NCBI RefSeq assembly: GCF_006345805.1
Contig: NC_043006.1
Location: 98,828,001 to 98,892,000 of the forward strand
Source of the DNA: Octopus sinensis
Taxonomy: Eukaryota
DNA: 64,000 bases
Reading direction: 5' to 3'
Shown here: piece after piece, positions 12,430 to 24,752 of the stretch
Layout of the letters: each line of letters opens with the position of its first letter
Numbering within the stretch: the first letter of the stretch is position 1
Translations under genes and position numbers: made by a program
Notes under the pieces: generated by a model
What the model was told of the DNA's origin: nothing
Seen by the model: the letters and a program-made list of their open reading frames with translations, nothing else
Database searches by the model: none

Positions 12430-12645
12430 GTGTGATCTCTTGAGCACCACCAGCAAAAATATTTTTTCCTCTGTCTTCCCTTCTTGGTATCTTACCTTCT
12501 CCTTGTTTCCGACGAAGAGATCCGCTCGAAACGTTAAACCCTCCTTCCCTTCTTTCCTGAGCGTCAATAATACTTTAATTGTTCCAGGTCCTCGCGTTGC
12601 TGTTTTTTTCTCTTTTTTTCTGTGTTTTCTTGTTTGGATTAACTT
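12430..12645 (+). mobile_element. ~200 bp PLE-derived cassette with minimal hammerhead-like motif
   Basis: gtttCCGACGAAgagatccgctcGAAAcgttaaac; homologous to 55116-55290; flanked by TA-rich microsatellites. Confidence 0.65.
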
Positions 12646-12665
12646 TATATACATACATACATATA

Positions 12666-12705
<40 letters not shown>

Positions 12706-12706
<1 letters not shown>

Positions 12707-12868
12707 AGCACAAGAGGGGCTGTGTAGTAAGAAGTGTGCTTCCCAACTACATGGTTCCGAATTAAGTCCCACTGCTGGGAAACATGGACAGGTGCTTCTA
12801 CTATAGTCTCGGGGCGTCCAATTCCATATGTGTGAATTTGGTAGGCAGAAACTGCAAGAAGCCCGCCT

Positions 12869-12956
<88 letters not shown>

Positions 12957-13240
12957 ATTTATGTGTATCTATTTCTATCTCTCTTTCTCTCTATATACAT
13001 ATATATTCACACACATATATGTATATCCCATTTGTGTCTGTGTCTGTCCCCCGCACCAGCGTTTGACAACCGATGCTGGTTTGTTTATGCCCCCGTCATT
13101 TAGCGGTATGGCAACAAGTGACCATTACAATAAGTGCCAGGCTTACAAACAATAGGTCCTGAGGTCGGTGCGTTGTCACTAAAGGCGCTTCTCCATCATG
13201 GCCGCAGTTAACTAACTGAAGCAAATAAAAGAATAACAGA
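12706..13240 (+). mobile_element. SINE family B, diverged, with expanded internal (TA)n(TG)n
   Basis: Same head, core and tail as 52448-52905. Confidence 0.85.
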
Positions 13241-13254
13241 ATATATATATATAT

Positions 13255-13286
<32 letters not shown>

Positions 13287-13287
<1 letters not shown>

Positions 13288-13490
13288 TTATTTTATAGAA
13301 GGAGCTTCTACAGGACTAGAACTGCTTCATTCAAAAGAAATCATCAGGAAGTTCCTGATGATTTCTTTTGAATGAAACAGTTCTAGTCCTGTAGAAGCTC
13401 CTTCTATAAAATAAATTAATTTACTCTGCTATGTATTGAGTACCTTATTTACTGTGGTTAACCCCGACTCAACCCGGGACCTACATATAT
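13287..13490. repeat. 129 bp near-perfect palindrome (13287-13415) plus PLE-type flank
   Basis: 64 bp arms, a single central base (13351) and one mismatch (13325/13377); same sequence family as the arms at 3081 and 4726. Confidence 0.9.
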
Positions 13491-13503
13491 ATATATATAT
13501 ATA

Positions 13504-13543
<40 letters not shown>

Positions 13544-14759
13544 CATACATATATATATATATATACGTTTCAGATAATGGTGCAAGACAGCACAGAGGAT
13601 TTTGGATATCTTTATTTATATTTATTTATCGCGCAATTAACTGAAGCGCACGTATTAAATGAATTCAGAACAGCGTTACTGGGTTTGACATCAGTTTACA
13701 TATTATGCCCATCTTCGTCCGTTTCAATTTAACCAGAATTAAATCCATTTACAGGAATATTGTGAGAAAAATTTGAAGTGATTTACTCCTTTCCACTCGA
13801 GTCGCTAATTCAAGTAACGTGAATTGCTTCTAAGCATTACACGGACGCTTATAACTATATGTATGTGTGTGTATACATGTGTGTATATTTCTGATAAGCA
13901 ACTATGTACATAAATGTCTTATTTCTATCACAAATACCCTCGCACAAACACACACTCGAACGCAGATAATTTATTTTATCGAATATATTACTCCATAACG
14001 ATATAATCTTATTATCTACAATATAATTGCAATAATGAAATTAATTAACTTTCATTATTTAAATGATTAAATATAATTTCATAATATTCGTCTGCTTTTT
14101 GACATTTGTGATATTGAATTATAGATCAATATATTCTAAATCAATGTTATTGTCATCACAAAAAATATATTTAATACTTAAGTGACAAGTACTGGAGTAA
14201 TATATGAACTTTCCGAAAACTCTACATTAGATTTTTCCAGAAAAATTTAGCGCAAATGTATAACACATATGACTACAAATCCCGTAGCACATTTGGTGGG
14301 CAATATGAGAGAACGTCCAAAGGAATACTATAAATCAATGTCCTTATATTGGATCTATGATTACATCTAACTGCGGCAGTCAAGCGCGTGCGTTAGAAAC
14401 GGAAATATGCATCAATACGACAATGTGATTGAAGAAATTCGCTTTCATGAATGGCATTTTGCGAAATGTCATATCGTGTTAATAAATACCAAGAACTGTC
14501 TGCAGTTTTACAGGGACCATAAAAGCTGCACTTGCGGTTCTAGTTTATAATCAAATATAAATGAAACATCAAATACATTACTTGCTTATAAAGTCGTAAT
14601 ATGCGCGTCAATGCAGGTATGTGCGAGTGTGTGTGTGTGTGTGCGTGTGTATAGAAGCAAGTGTGCGTGTTGCGTGGAGTTCTTCGGTACAGGGAACGTT
14701 GTTGTAGATTGCATAAATATTAAGAGTCTGGAGAAATAGCGTGTATGGGAAGAGGTTAG

Positions 14760-14885
14760 TGTATCTTGCCTCTTGTAAGCAAGGGGAAGAAAGATAGCCG
14801 CTGGTCAAATGTGAGCAACTTGAGAATCAAGTAGGAAGAGTGAGAGAGTGAGGGACAGAAAGATTACGGTGAAGGGGAGAAGAAC
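14760..14885 (-). mobile_element. Dispersed repeat fragment, inverted copy of ~11860-11985
   Basis: tatcttgcctcttgtaagcaagggg...gatagccgctggtcaaatgtgag is the reverse complement of the segment at ~11930-11985. Confidence 0.75.
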
Positions 14886-14929
14886 ACACACACACATATA
14901 TATACACACACACACTCACACACACACAC

Positions 14930-14999
<70 letters not shown>

Positions 15000-15000
15000 T

Positions 15001-15835
15001 AGTGTAAATAGGTTGAATTTAGTTTGGAGGCTTTCTATAAACATTTTTAATATTCTTCACATTTTGCTGGTAGTTTACAGGTGTAAATTTGCGTATATAA
15101 AATTCATATATGTATATGATGTGTTGTGAATTATGGGAAGAAATCAGATAAAACTCAACAAATTAGTTTAAAAAATGGTGACGAAAAGATGTTAAAATGT
15201 ATCAGAGAATTTGAATTCATGCAGACGATCGTTTCGTACAGAGATATAAAAGTCATGCAAATTCATGGTTGAATTAAATTGAATTCATTAAGTAATTATA
15301 TATCAATCTAATCTTCAGTACAAGAAGTATAAATAAAATGTTTACAAAGAACTTGAAAAAGGAATAGCAGAATAGAATCTAGTAGATTCGTATTCATCCT
15401 TATGAGATAAAGGCTACAACGGTTAATTGAAAATATAAGTAAAAGAGGAATCAGAGACGTTCCCACTCCGAATAAGTCGCGTAGAGCAAAGATTTATAGA
15501 CACGTCCAATAGGAAGACATGGCTATATTTGAATTAAAATAGGACCTGATAGTTGAAAACAATACTTATTATATTAAAAAAAAAATAGGTAGATAAATGT
15601 GTAAAAACCAAAAAATAATTGTTAATATTGCAATTTATAAAGTAAATACTTCCTGAGTCTATAAGTTGAAAAGGTGAAGTTGAAAAAATATAATGGATGT
15701 TGAAATACGGAAAAATAAAAAAAGGAATAAAATTAAAAAGTCTTCTCCTCTCCAATTTTAGCTACATTCTTGAGTTTTATGGAAGTTCTTTCCACAAATT
15801 CACAACACATCATATACAAATATGTATATATATAT

Positions 15836-15881
<46 letters not shown>

Positions 15882-16717
15882 ATAATATATATTAGTGTAA
15901 ATAGGTTGAATTTAGTTTGGAGGCTTTCTATAAACATTTTTAATATTCTTCACATTTTGCTGGTAGTTTACAGGTGTAAATTTGCGTATATAAAATTCAT
16001 ATATGTATATGATGTGTTGTGAATTTATGGGAAGAAATCAGATAAAACTCAACAAATTAGTTTAAAAAATGGTGACGAAAAGATGTTAAAATGTATCAGA
16101 GAATTTGAATTCATGCAGACGATCGTTTCGTACAGAGATATAAAAGTCATGCAAATTCATGGTTGAATTAAATTGAATTCATTAAAGTAATTATATATCA
16201 ATCTAATCTTCAGTACAAGAAGTATAAATAAAATGTTTACAAAGAACTTGAAAAAGGAAATAGCAGAATAGAATCTAGTAGATTCGTATTCATCCTTATG
16301 AGATAAAGGCTACAACGGTTAATTGAAAATATAAGTAAAAGAGGAATCAGAGACGTTCCCACTCCGAATAAGTCGCGTAGAGCAAAGATTTATAGACACG
16401 TCCAATAGGAAGACATGGCTATATTTGAATTAAAATAGGACCTGATAGTTGAAAACAATACTTATTATATTAAAAAAAAAATAAGGTAGATAAATGTGTA
16501 AAAACCAAAAAATAATTGTTAATATTGCAATTTATAAAGTAAATACTTCCTGAGTCTATAAAGTTGAAAAGGTGAAGTTGAAAAAATATAATGGATGTTG
16601 AAATACGGAAAAATAAAAAAAGGAATAAAATTAAAAAGTCTTCTCCTCTCCAATTTTAGCTACATTCTTGAGTTTTATGGAAGTTCTTTCCACAAATTCA
16701 CAACACATCATATACAA

Positions 16718-16725
<8 letters not shown>
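15001..16725. repeat. Direct tandem duplication of a ~895 bp unit, each copy with a hammerhead-like motif on the minus strand
   Basis: 15001-15826 and 15894-16724 are near identical; the differences I see are 1-nt homopolymer length changes. Motifs lie at 15220-15322 and 16114-16217. Confidence 0.92.
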
Positions 16726-16769
<44 letters not shown>

Positions 16770-16773
<4 letters not shown>

Positions 16774-16985
16774 CGCCATGTTGGATCGTTAGCCCCAACA
16801 CGCAATTTTTTTTCTCTCATTTTTTTCTCTCCTTGTTTCTTTTCTGTGTATCTTTTTGTCGAAGAGCGTAGGCTCGAAACGTAAAATACTTGTTTTATTT
16901 CTATTCCTGAGCGCCATACTAATACATTATTAATTTGTACTCCACCTGCCTTCGTCTTTTGTTTGTTTTCGTAAACCTTCCGTTA
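16770..16985 (+). mobile_element. PLE-derived cassette with degenerate hammerhead-like motif
   Basis: ttgtcgaa GAGC gtag GCTC GAAAcgta, followed by ttcctgagcg as in the 12430 and 55116 cassettes; (TA)n on both sides. Confidence 0.5.
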
Positions 16986-17018
16986 TATATATATATAAGT
17001 GTGTGTGTGTGTGTAGGT

Positions 17019-17292
17019 GAAGGCGCAATGGCTCTGTGGTTAGGGCAGCGGACTCGCGGTTTCGATTCCCAGACTGGGCGCTGTGAGTGTTTCTTGCGCG
17101 AAAACACCTTAAGCTCTATGAGGCTCCGGGTGGGGGGCGAACCCTGCAGCATTTTTCACCACAACTTTCTCTCACTTTTTCTTCATGTTTCTGTTGTACT
17201 TTTATTTCAAATGGCCAGCCTTGTCCCATACTGTGTCACGCTGAATTACCCCGTTTACTACACGTGTCTGTGGAGTGCTCAGTCATTTACAC
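17019..17292 (+). mobile_element. SINE family A, partial and diverged
   Basis: Homologous to 9226-9540. Confidence 0.85.
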
Positions 17293-17475
17293 AGACTAAA
17301 CTGCCCAACATCAAAAGTAAAAGGTAAAAAAGTAAAAGTGCTATCCTCCTTAGACCTTAAATCATAAGGCTAGAACAATGAATAGGCAGAGTTTTCCAGG
17401 TCTTCAAATGGTATTTATACATATGTACTGCGGCTGTTTCTTTGGCTAAGTTGTAGAAGGCTCTGGGGTTAGATT

Positions 17476-18420
17476 TTATATTGTATACAGCTCAGGTTTA
17501 TTTGCTCTTTCTTTTCCATGGGAGAGTTGCACATTTTTTGCAGTCTCCAGCAGTTGCATTTTCAGGCGAGATATTTCACTGCTTTCAATTTGTTTGTTTA
17601 GGCGATTTGAAACTTCTGTACGCCGTGTCATAAAAATTTTCCTCTCTCTGGGGATTTTGTTCTTGTGTACAATGACCTTTCTCTCCGGGACACAATTGTT
17701 GCATATGGCTTGCATTACAGACATGAATCATTGACGTTTCTTGTCGATGTCCGGTGAGGAGAGACATTTAGGCAAGTTTTATTTGAGGATCTCATTCTCA
17801 ATTTGTTTCCAGTTTACCTTATGAAAGTTCAGACGGGAAAGATTTTGAAAATTTCTTGTAGGCTGGAGGTCCATGGTTTCCTTTGGTCCGTACATGGTCA
17901 GCTCTACCATGTTGTGATCCGAGAGTAGCGTCGGCGTCACTTTCACATTATGGATGAGATCCATATAAATTGTGAAGCGGAGATCGAGTATATTACCTGC
18001 CCTGGTTTGTTGGAATACAATATGTTTCATCTACAAAGTATTGATTAGGTCAGGAGGACCTTCATCTGTCCTTGTTCGCAAAGCTCCATTCCTGGGAGAG
18101 AAAGGCCCCCAGGCCTACCGACATCTATTTTAGAAACGCAGTCTTCGAACTTGTCTGCATGATTCGGAGCATCTGGATAGCCGTATGTAGTAGATATAAC
18201 AAGGAACTGGGTGTGAGGTTTTCGCGGATGTGCATAGCAGCCCCGCCATGACTCCATCTTTTTGTCGGTGAGTAATAATACATACTGTGGTATGTATATT
18301 TCAGCATTTACAATATATGGTTCCATGTGTGTTTCCGTAAGCGCTATGCATAGAGGCTTGATTTCATGCAACAACGTCTCTCAGGAAAGGAATTTTTGTC
18401 CTCTTACTAAGTTTTAATAG
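17476..18420 (-). mobile_element. CR1/L2-type LINE ORF2 remnant (apurinic-like endonuclease region)
   Basis: LCIALTETH, SHGGAAMHIRE and QQTRAGNILDLRFT...DLIHNVKVTPTLLSDHNMVEL (the SDH catalytic motif); several frameshifts. Confidence 0.8.
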
Positions 18421-18614
18421 TCCTCTGATGTCCAGTAAGTGCAGCGATGTGTTGTTTGTGTTGTTGTTTTTTCACATCAGTAGTAATCATTTATCTATGT
18501 ATTATTAATAATTATATATCAAGGAGGTGGTTAAGCTAACAACATACATGCGAATATACATATTAATATAAATATATATACATATATACACACAAGCATA
18601 TATATATGTCCATA

Positions 18615-18649
<35 letters not shown>

Positions 18650-18659
18650 ATAATAATAT

Positions 18660-18778
18660 TAGGGAATAAATCCAAACTTACAGTGAAAAATGAGATTTAG
18701 GATTAAATCCAATTTTATAGTATAAATATATTATATTATATTATATTATATTAGAGATAAAACCACTAGTAGGCAAAT

Positions 18779-18822
<44 letters not shown>

Positions 18823-19165
18823 ATGTGTAATTCTATATGTATAATTATATATACAACTGTGATGTTGTTAGTAAAACATGTTCTTTTTCTATCTATTTAT
18901 CGTCTTGGGGATTTGGGGTAAAATTATACTAATGTGTCCTTCAAATTCCATGTCTATGTTTTTATGCCGCTGAAGATTGCTCTACATTTTAAATTGATGT
19001 AATGATTGCAGGGTTCAGTTAAATGGATTCGTATGAAACGATCGTACTGCATTACCTGTGGATATCCTTGAATGCTTATTTTAATTTTAATCAGTTTAAT
19101 TTAAATTGTATGTATAGTTGCCATACTAAATTCTCGTGCCTCAACTTAAGTAACATATTCATCTG
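18660..19165 (+). mobile_element. PLE pseudo-LTR fragments with hammerhead-like motif at 18965-19051
   Basis: ugccg CUGAAGA ... GAAACGAUCGUA cugca; helix III ACGAUCGU is the same as in the 15220 motif. Confidence 0.55.
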
Positions 19166-19196
19166 AATCTATATTTATATATATATATATATATAT

Positions 19197-19488
19197 CACG
19201 TGGTCACGTGACCGACCAGACCATCAGATGTTGTTACACATCGCTGGTCACAATGCGTTCGCATTGTTTTAGCCTTCGAATGACGCCACCCCGCTGGCTA
19301 AGCGAGCAGGCCAACAGAAGAAAGAGTGAGAGAAAGAGGGGTGAAAGAGTACAGCACGGATCACCACCCCCTGCCGGAGCCTCGTGGAGCTTTTAGGTGT
19401 TTTCGCTCAATAAACACTCACAACGCCTGGTCTGGGAATCGAAACCGCGATCCTGCGACCGCGAGTCCGCTGCCCTAACCCTAACCAC
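19197..19488 (-). mobile_element. SINE family A head and body with alternative tail (type 2)
   Basis: Head and body match 9226. The tail (acacatcgctggtcacaatgcg...ggccaacagaag) matches 60999-61085, not tail type 1. Confidence 0.85.
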
Positions 19489-19605
<117 letters not shown>

Positions 19606-21938
19606 TATATATATACACACACATATATATACATATATGTTCGTGTGTGTATATATGTATACTCATTTATATTAATATGTATATTTGTATGTTTATTAAT
19701 AACGAAACAACCTTGTTTGTATATAGTTATCAATAATTCATGGATAAATGATTATTACTGATGTGAAAATATTTCGAATTGCATGAAATGTAATTGTACG
19801 AAATTCCGCATTCGATACAATAAAGATAACAAGTTTCTTCACCAAATATTATCCCTACAACGAAATACTTGTACTGCTATATTCACGATCAATCATGTGA
19901 AAGAGGATCTAAGCACACGGTTGACAAACTATTATGGAACTAATACTCAAGTATATGTATACAGTCATTTGATAAAACCCTTTAGAAATGAAATTCTACT
20001 CTATTTTCAAGACTAGAACATCGTGAAACATAGATCTGTTCATTATTACTGACACACATCTAAACAACTGGGCCATCAGCGGCAAAAATACGACAGTAAT
20101 AAGGTAACAGATTCATAGAGAAATATATTGGAGATTCAAAATGGATTTTGTTGTATTTCATGTTTTAATATTGAAAATAACAATTTATTTAGTATTTCAT
20201 ACACAAACTGCCACATCATATCTTCTATCTAACAGAACTATCTGTAGGTCGCATAATTTTCTTTAAAATGAACAGCTTGCTGCTAGAATTTATGATTCTG
20301 CATCATCGATTATCATGTAGCAAATAAAGAATTCTTGTTCTGAATTTGCTTATTTTAAGGAACTGCATTTATAAACCTTAAAATACATGCTCTCTATCTC
20401 CAGTCTCTCTCTTATCATATCACTATTTTCTTTCCCTATTCCTTTCTTACTGATACTGTCTCCTGCATTATCTCTCTTCCGTTCTCTCTCTTGGGTGCTC
20501 TCTTAGTTTGTTCTCGCTCTCCTCGCGATTGTGTCGTCTATTCTACCACTTACTTTATCCAAGTGCGCTTTTTTTAAATCATGCATGAAATGTAAATGGA
20601 TGTCGGTAAATAGGTATTGTGACATTTCCTTTTCTCTTCCATCTTCCATTCACTATATCTTTGCGATAAGAGGAGTTGGCCACAGCATTAAATCCTCCAC
20701 CATTTCTTTCCATTAGTTATATTTCTTCACATCGTATACGTTTCTTACGTTACTGTTTCAGTCTCTATTCCATGACGTATTTTCGATACACTCACACACA
20801 ATCAAATTTACACATGAACGTGCGCACATATATGTGCATGTATACATAAAGGTGTATGGTTGTGTGTGAAGTGTGTCTGCATGTATGTATATATGTATGG
20901 AGAAAAGCATGAGAGAAAGAAACATGACAATCGCCCACGAACCTTCTTCTCTCTTACTGTATATAAGTGATATATATATGTATGTATATATACATTTGTC
21001 TGTGTGCGCGCGTGTGTGTGTGTGTAGGTGTGTGCGTATGGGAACGCGCGTGTGTATAGATATAAAGTCTCGAAAAAAGGAAAACCACTCCTCTTGGATT
21101 CGGCGCAAACACTTAATGTCTCTGTGAATTAAATAACCGTAGAAAATATATTGCACATTTACTATATAGAAATCAAATTAATTCAGTTTATATATATTGT
21201 AATTTCTTTGTAGACCAAACTGTAAGAATTTCTATTACGTTTTCTCTGTTTTTAAACTTTCGCAGAATATATTGTCTTCTCGTATAGATTGAAATACTGT
21301 TACGGTATTCTTGTTGCCACATACTTTAATTGTTAAACTATTATTATTTTTTCCACTCAGTAAAGTCTTCCCATTACATTTTGGTGAATGTTGTTCTGAT
21401 TGTTTGGTTATATGAAATACAATAAGGGAAATTCAAAGTGCGGTCCTAGAAGCATCAAGTATTCCATTCCACACGTTTGCATTTATTTCTAACCATTATG
21501 TTACGCCTCATATCACGGGCAACTTCCCTCGCTGTAGTATCAGGAAGAGACGTATATAAATAATTTGCAAGTTACCATTTATGAAACTCCTTGGTTTTAT
21601 ACAAAATGATAAAATGAATACTAATTTTGAAAAGGAAACACTTTTATCACCTCAAAATAAATCTGACTGCAACCAATATGTCATATGTATATTTGCGATA
21701 AAAACATGTTATTTTTCCAGATTTGATCACATTTATCGCACGCCACTATTTAGAAAACCTGTATAGGCCAAATTTCAGTAAAAACAGTTATTTTCTGAAA
21801 ATTACATATACTTATCAAGGATTTCTTGTAAATTCTATCTGTACATGTTAACTACACCCCCTCTCACTCTCACTAAACGACAAAAACTAGAACTACATAA
21901 ACTGTGTTTGTGTGATGTATTTCTGTTTTAAATAGCCT

Positions 21939-23590
21939 ATTATTATTATTTCTCTTTATCACAAATTTTGTTGGAGTTCCCGGAGTCTTACATGCGTAGC
22001 GAGCGGCCTACAGTAGCATGCTATCCATTCTGTTCAGCTCTCTAATACTTGCCTGATTAATCTTCCGTGCCAAGGAGGCAAACCTATTGTAACAGTTCAA
22101 CCGAGCACTCAATTCCAATTTCCTTTATATTCGCATTGATGCTTTCTGGTACTGTTCTGAAAAGACTCAATGATAATTTGCACTGTCCTCACATATATTT
22201 TCCATAGCCGGGCTATTTCGTACATACGAGGGCTGTATTTATCTATCTTTACACTTTCCTTCTTGACTATTTGAGGGTCAAAGGGGCAAGCAACGTCAAA
22301 TATTTAGCATATGTAGTGCCCCTTGTCCACCACCACCACCACCACCAGGTCCAGCCTGTTATACTCTAGCACCTGACCTGTTTGGATTGGGAAATCCCAG
22401 AGGATTTGCTAGTCTCCGACTCCCCACTCTCTGCGGTTTGTACTCATACCTTGTCTTGCTTCACTTTAGCGCCCACTTTTTGCGCAGTCTCCAATGTAGC
22501 AATTTCGCTAACTGATCGTGTCGCCACAAATTTAGTGGTTTTGGGCAAATCTAGGGCATTCGTTCGTGATATGAGCAATGATCTCATCCACTCTATTGCA
22601 GATGCAGCACAGCGGGGACACTTGCTCATCCCTAAGGTTGACCCTCCAGTTCGTTGCCAAAGCTTGTTCTTGTGCTGCTGGTGTAGTGCTCTCGATCCCA
22701 CTTATTTTTTTCAGCAACTTCTCTTATAGCTGCATGGAATTGACTGTGTAGTCCCTTCTTGCGTAATTCTTTTTCATGTCTTTTTTCACTTCTTCCTTGG
22801 TTTTCCCTTTTTTCTCTGCTTTCCATATTTCCTCGTTCCTACCTGACACTAGGAAGGTTTCCTTATTTTGGGCTAGGTATCTCTATTTCTTTACTACCCA
22901 CAAGGGGCTAAACACAGAAGGGACAAACAAGGACAGACAAACGGATTAAGTCGACTAAATCGACACCGGTGCGTAATTGGTACTTAATTCACCGACCCGG
23001 AAGGGTTGAAAGGCAAAATCGACCTCGGCGGAATTTGAACTCAGAACGTAACAGCAGACAAAATACGGCTACGCATTTCGTCCGGCGTGCTAACGTTGCT
23101 GCCAGCTCGCCGCCTATCAGCTCGCTAGGTATCTCATTAAACTCACGAGCTCAATACGCACACAGTCTTCTACACCTATCCGTCCTCTTCCTCCATTTGC
23201 CCTCTTCATGTATAGGCGATCAGACTCTGCACGTAGACGATGGGCTCCATGAATCGTAAGCGGTTTTCTTGACTTCCGGTCTATCTCCTTTAGTTTCTCC
23301 TCTAGTCACTTCAGGATTCCAGCGCTATACCGAACTACTGCGACAGAGCGCGAGTTTATTGCCGAAATTAAGTTTCTGGTATTTAGATTTGAAGCCAATA
23401 TTTTTCTCACTGGCCGCAGGTGCCCTCATTTCGTCTTTTCCTTCCTGTCATTATGTTTGATTCTCTGATTCCATCTGCCTCAAGTATGTACCCCTGTATT
23501 TATGGCTGGACAGAGGTTGAGTTGCCTTCATCATTTCACCACTTGGCAACAATATGCCCTCTGTTCTGAAAAGCTTTCCTTATCACATCA
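21939..23590 (-). mobile_element. R4/Dong-clade non-LTR retrotransposon 3' portion (RT C-terminus, zinc knuckle, restriction-like endonuclease), interrupted by a SINE
   Basis: Minus-strand translation gives AINSRSVAVVRYSAGIL, DRLYMKRANGGRG and AAQEQALATNW...PLCCICNRVDEIIAHITNECPRFAQ. The element ends in a short (TAA)n at ~21940. Confidence 0.8.
22884..23123 (-). mobile_element. SINE family C, full length, inserted into the R4 element
   Basis: Head ggcggcgagctggcag; 12 bp TSD gctaggtatctc at 22872-22883 and 23124-23135. Confidence 0.9.
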
Positions 23591-23635
23591 CAATCGTAGC
23601 ACATTTTCAGAGCACAAACTCCACTATAATCACCC

Positions 23636-23658
23636 TCCTCCTCCTCCTCCTCCTCATC

Positions 23659-23757
<99 letters not shown>

Positions 23758-23807
23758 ATATTATTATTATATTATTATTTTTATTCTTATTATTGTTATT
23801 ATTATTA

Positions 23808-23846
<39 letters not shown>
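23636..23846. repeat. Compound microsatellite (CCT)n(CAT)n(TA)n(TAT)n
   Basis: Direct inspection; it explains the poly-P/H/L ORF 23502..23879. Confidence 0.95.
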
Positions 23847-24445
23847 GGGAAAAGTAGAAAAATCTCATGTGTTTCATAAATAAATATATTTAATTTATCT
23901 AAACATTTCTGACGTATCATCTCTTGTTTTCCTATTGTTTTATTTTGTTATTATTTCCATTTTATATTTATTTATTCATACCTTATTAATTTTTTTCTAT
24001 ATCTCTCTACATGTAGGGAATGCATAATCAGTGATTGTTTGATTTTAATGGTACTGTTCTTATTATTTTTAATATTTTGCTCTACTATTGAAGAAACGGA
24101 TCAATTTCCATTAGACCGATGAATGCTTTCATCATTTCTTGTAATACTTTGTCACTAGAGAATTGAAGTTTTCCAAACTTTAAAACCAATCCTAAAAGCT
24201 TTGCAGTGTTGCAATATATACAATGTTGATGGAAATGGAAGATAAAAACAATTCACGTTGTTGACAGTGGTAAAATATAAACAACTGTTGATACGCCAAG
24301 ACAAAAGACTAAACATAATACCATACACACAAAAATATATAGTAAGTCGCACGTACATATGAGAAAACACCCACATATTAAATTAGACACACACACACAC
24401 ACATACACATATATAAAAGATATATATATATATATATGTATATAC

Positions 24446-24503
<58 letters not shown>

Positions 24504-24695
24504 GAATGATTGGGGTATATATGCATGTATATTTGTATATAATATATACATTTATATATGTGATATATATATATATATGCGTATAAGTAGGGATGACCTC
24601 TAAGCGGACAATCAATATGCTAGAAGACGATCACCTACAATCTAACCACAAAGAAAAGAATGTCCACTAGAAGAATTCCACAAACTCTAGAACAC

Positions 24696-24752
<57 letters not shown>

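Noticed and set aside
19472-19486. ccctaaccctaacc telomere-like repeat
   Set aside because: Only two units, produced by a 6-nt duplication within the SINE A head (gccctaacc).
20012-20103. Good acceptor (ttctactctattttcaag) and donor (aag/gtaaca) pair
   Set aside because: All three frames contain stops; there is no evidence of a coding exon, and a non-coding exon cannot be assessed.
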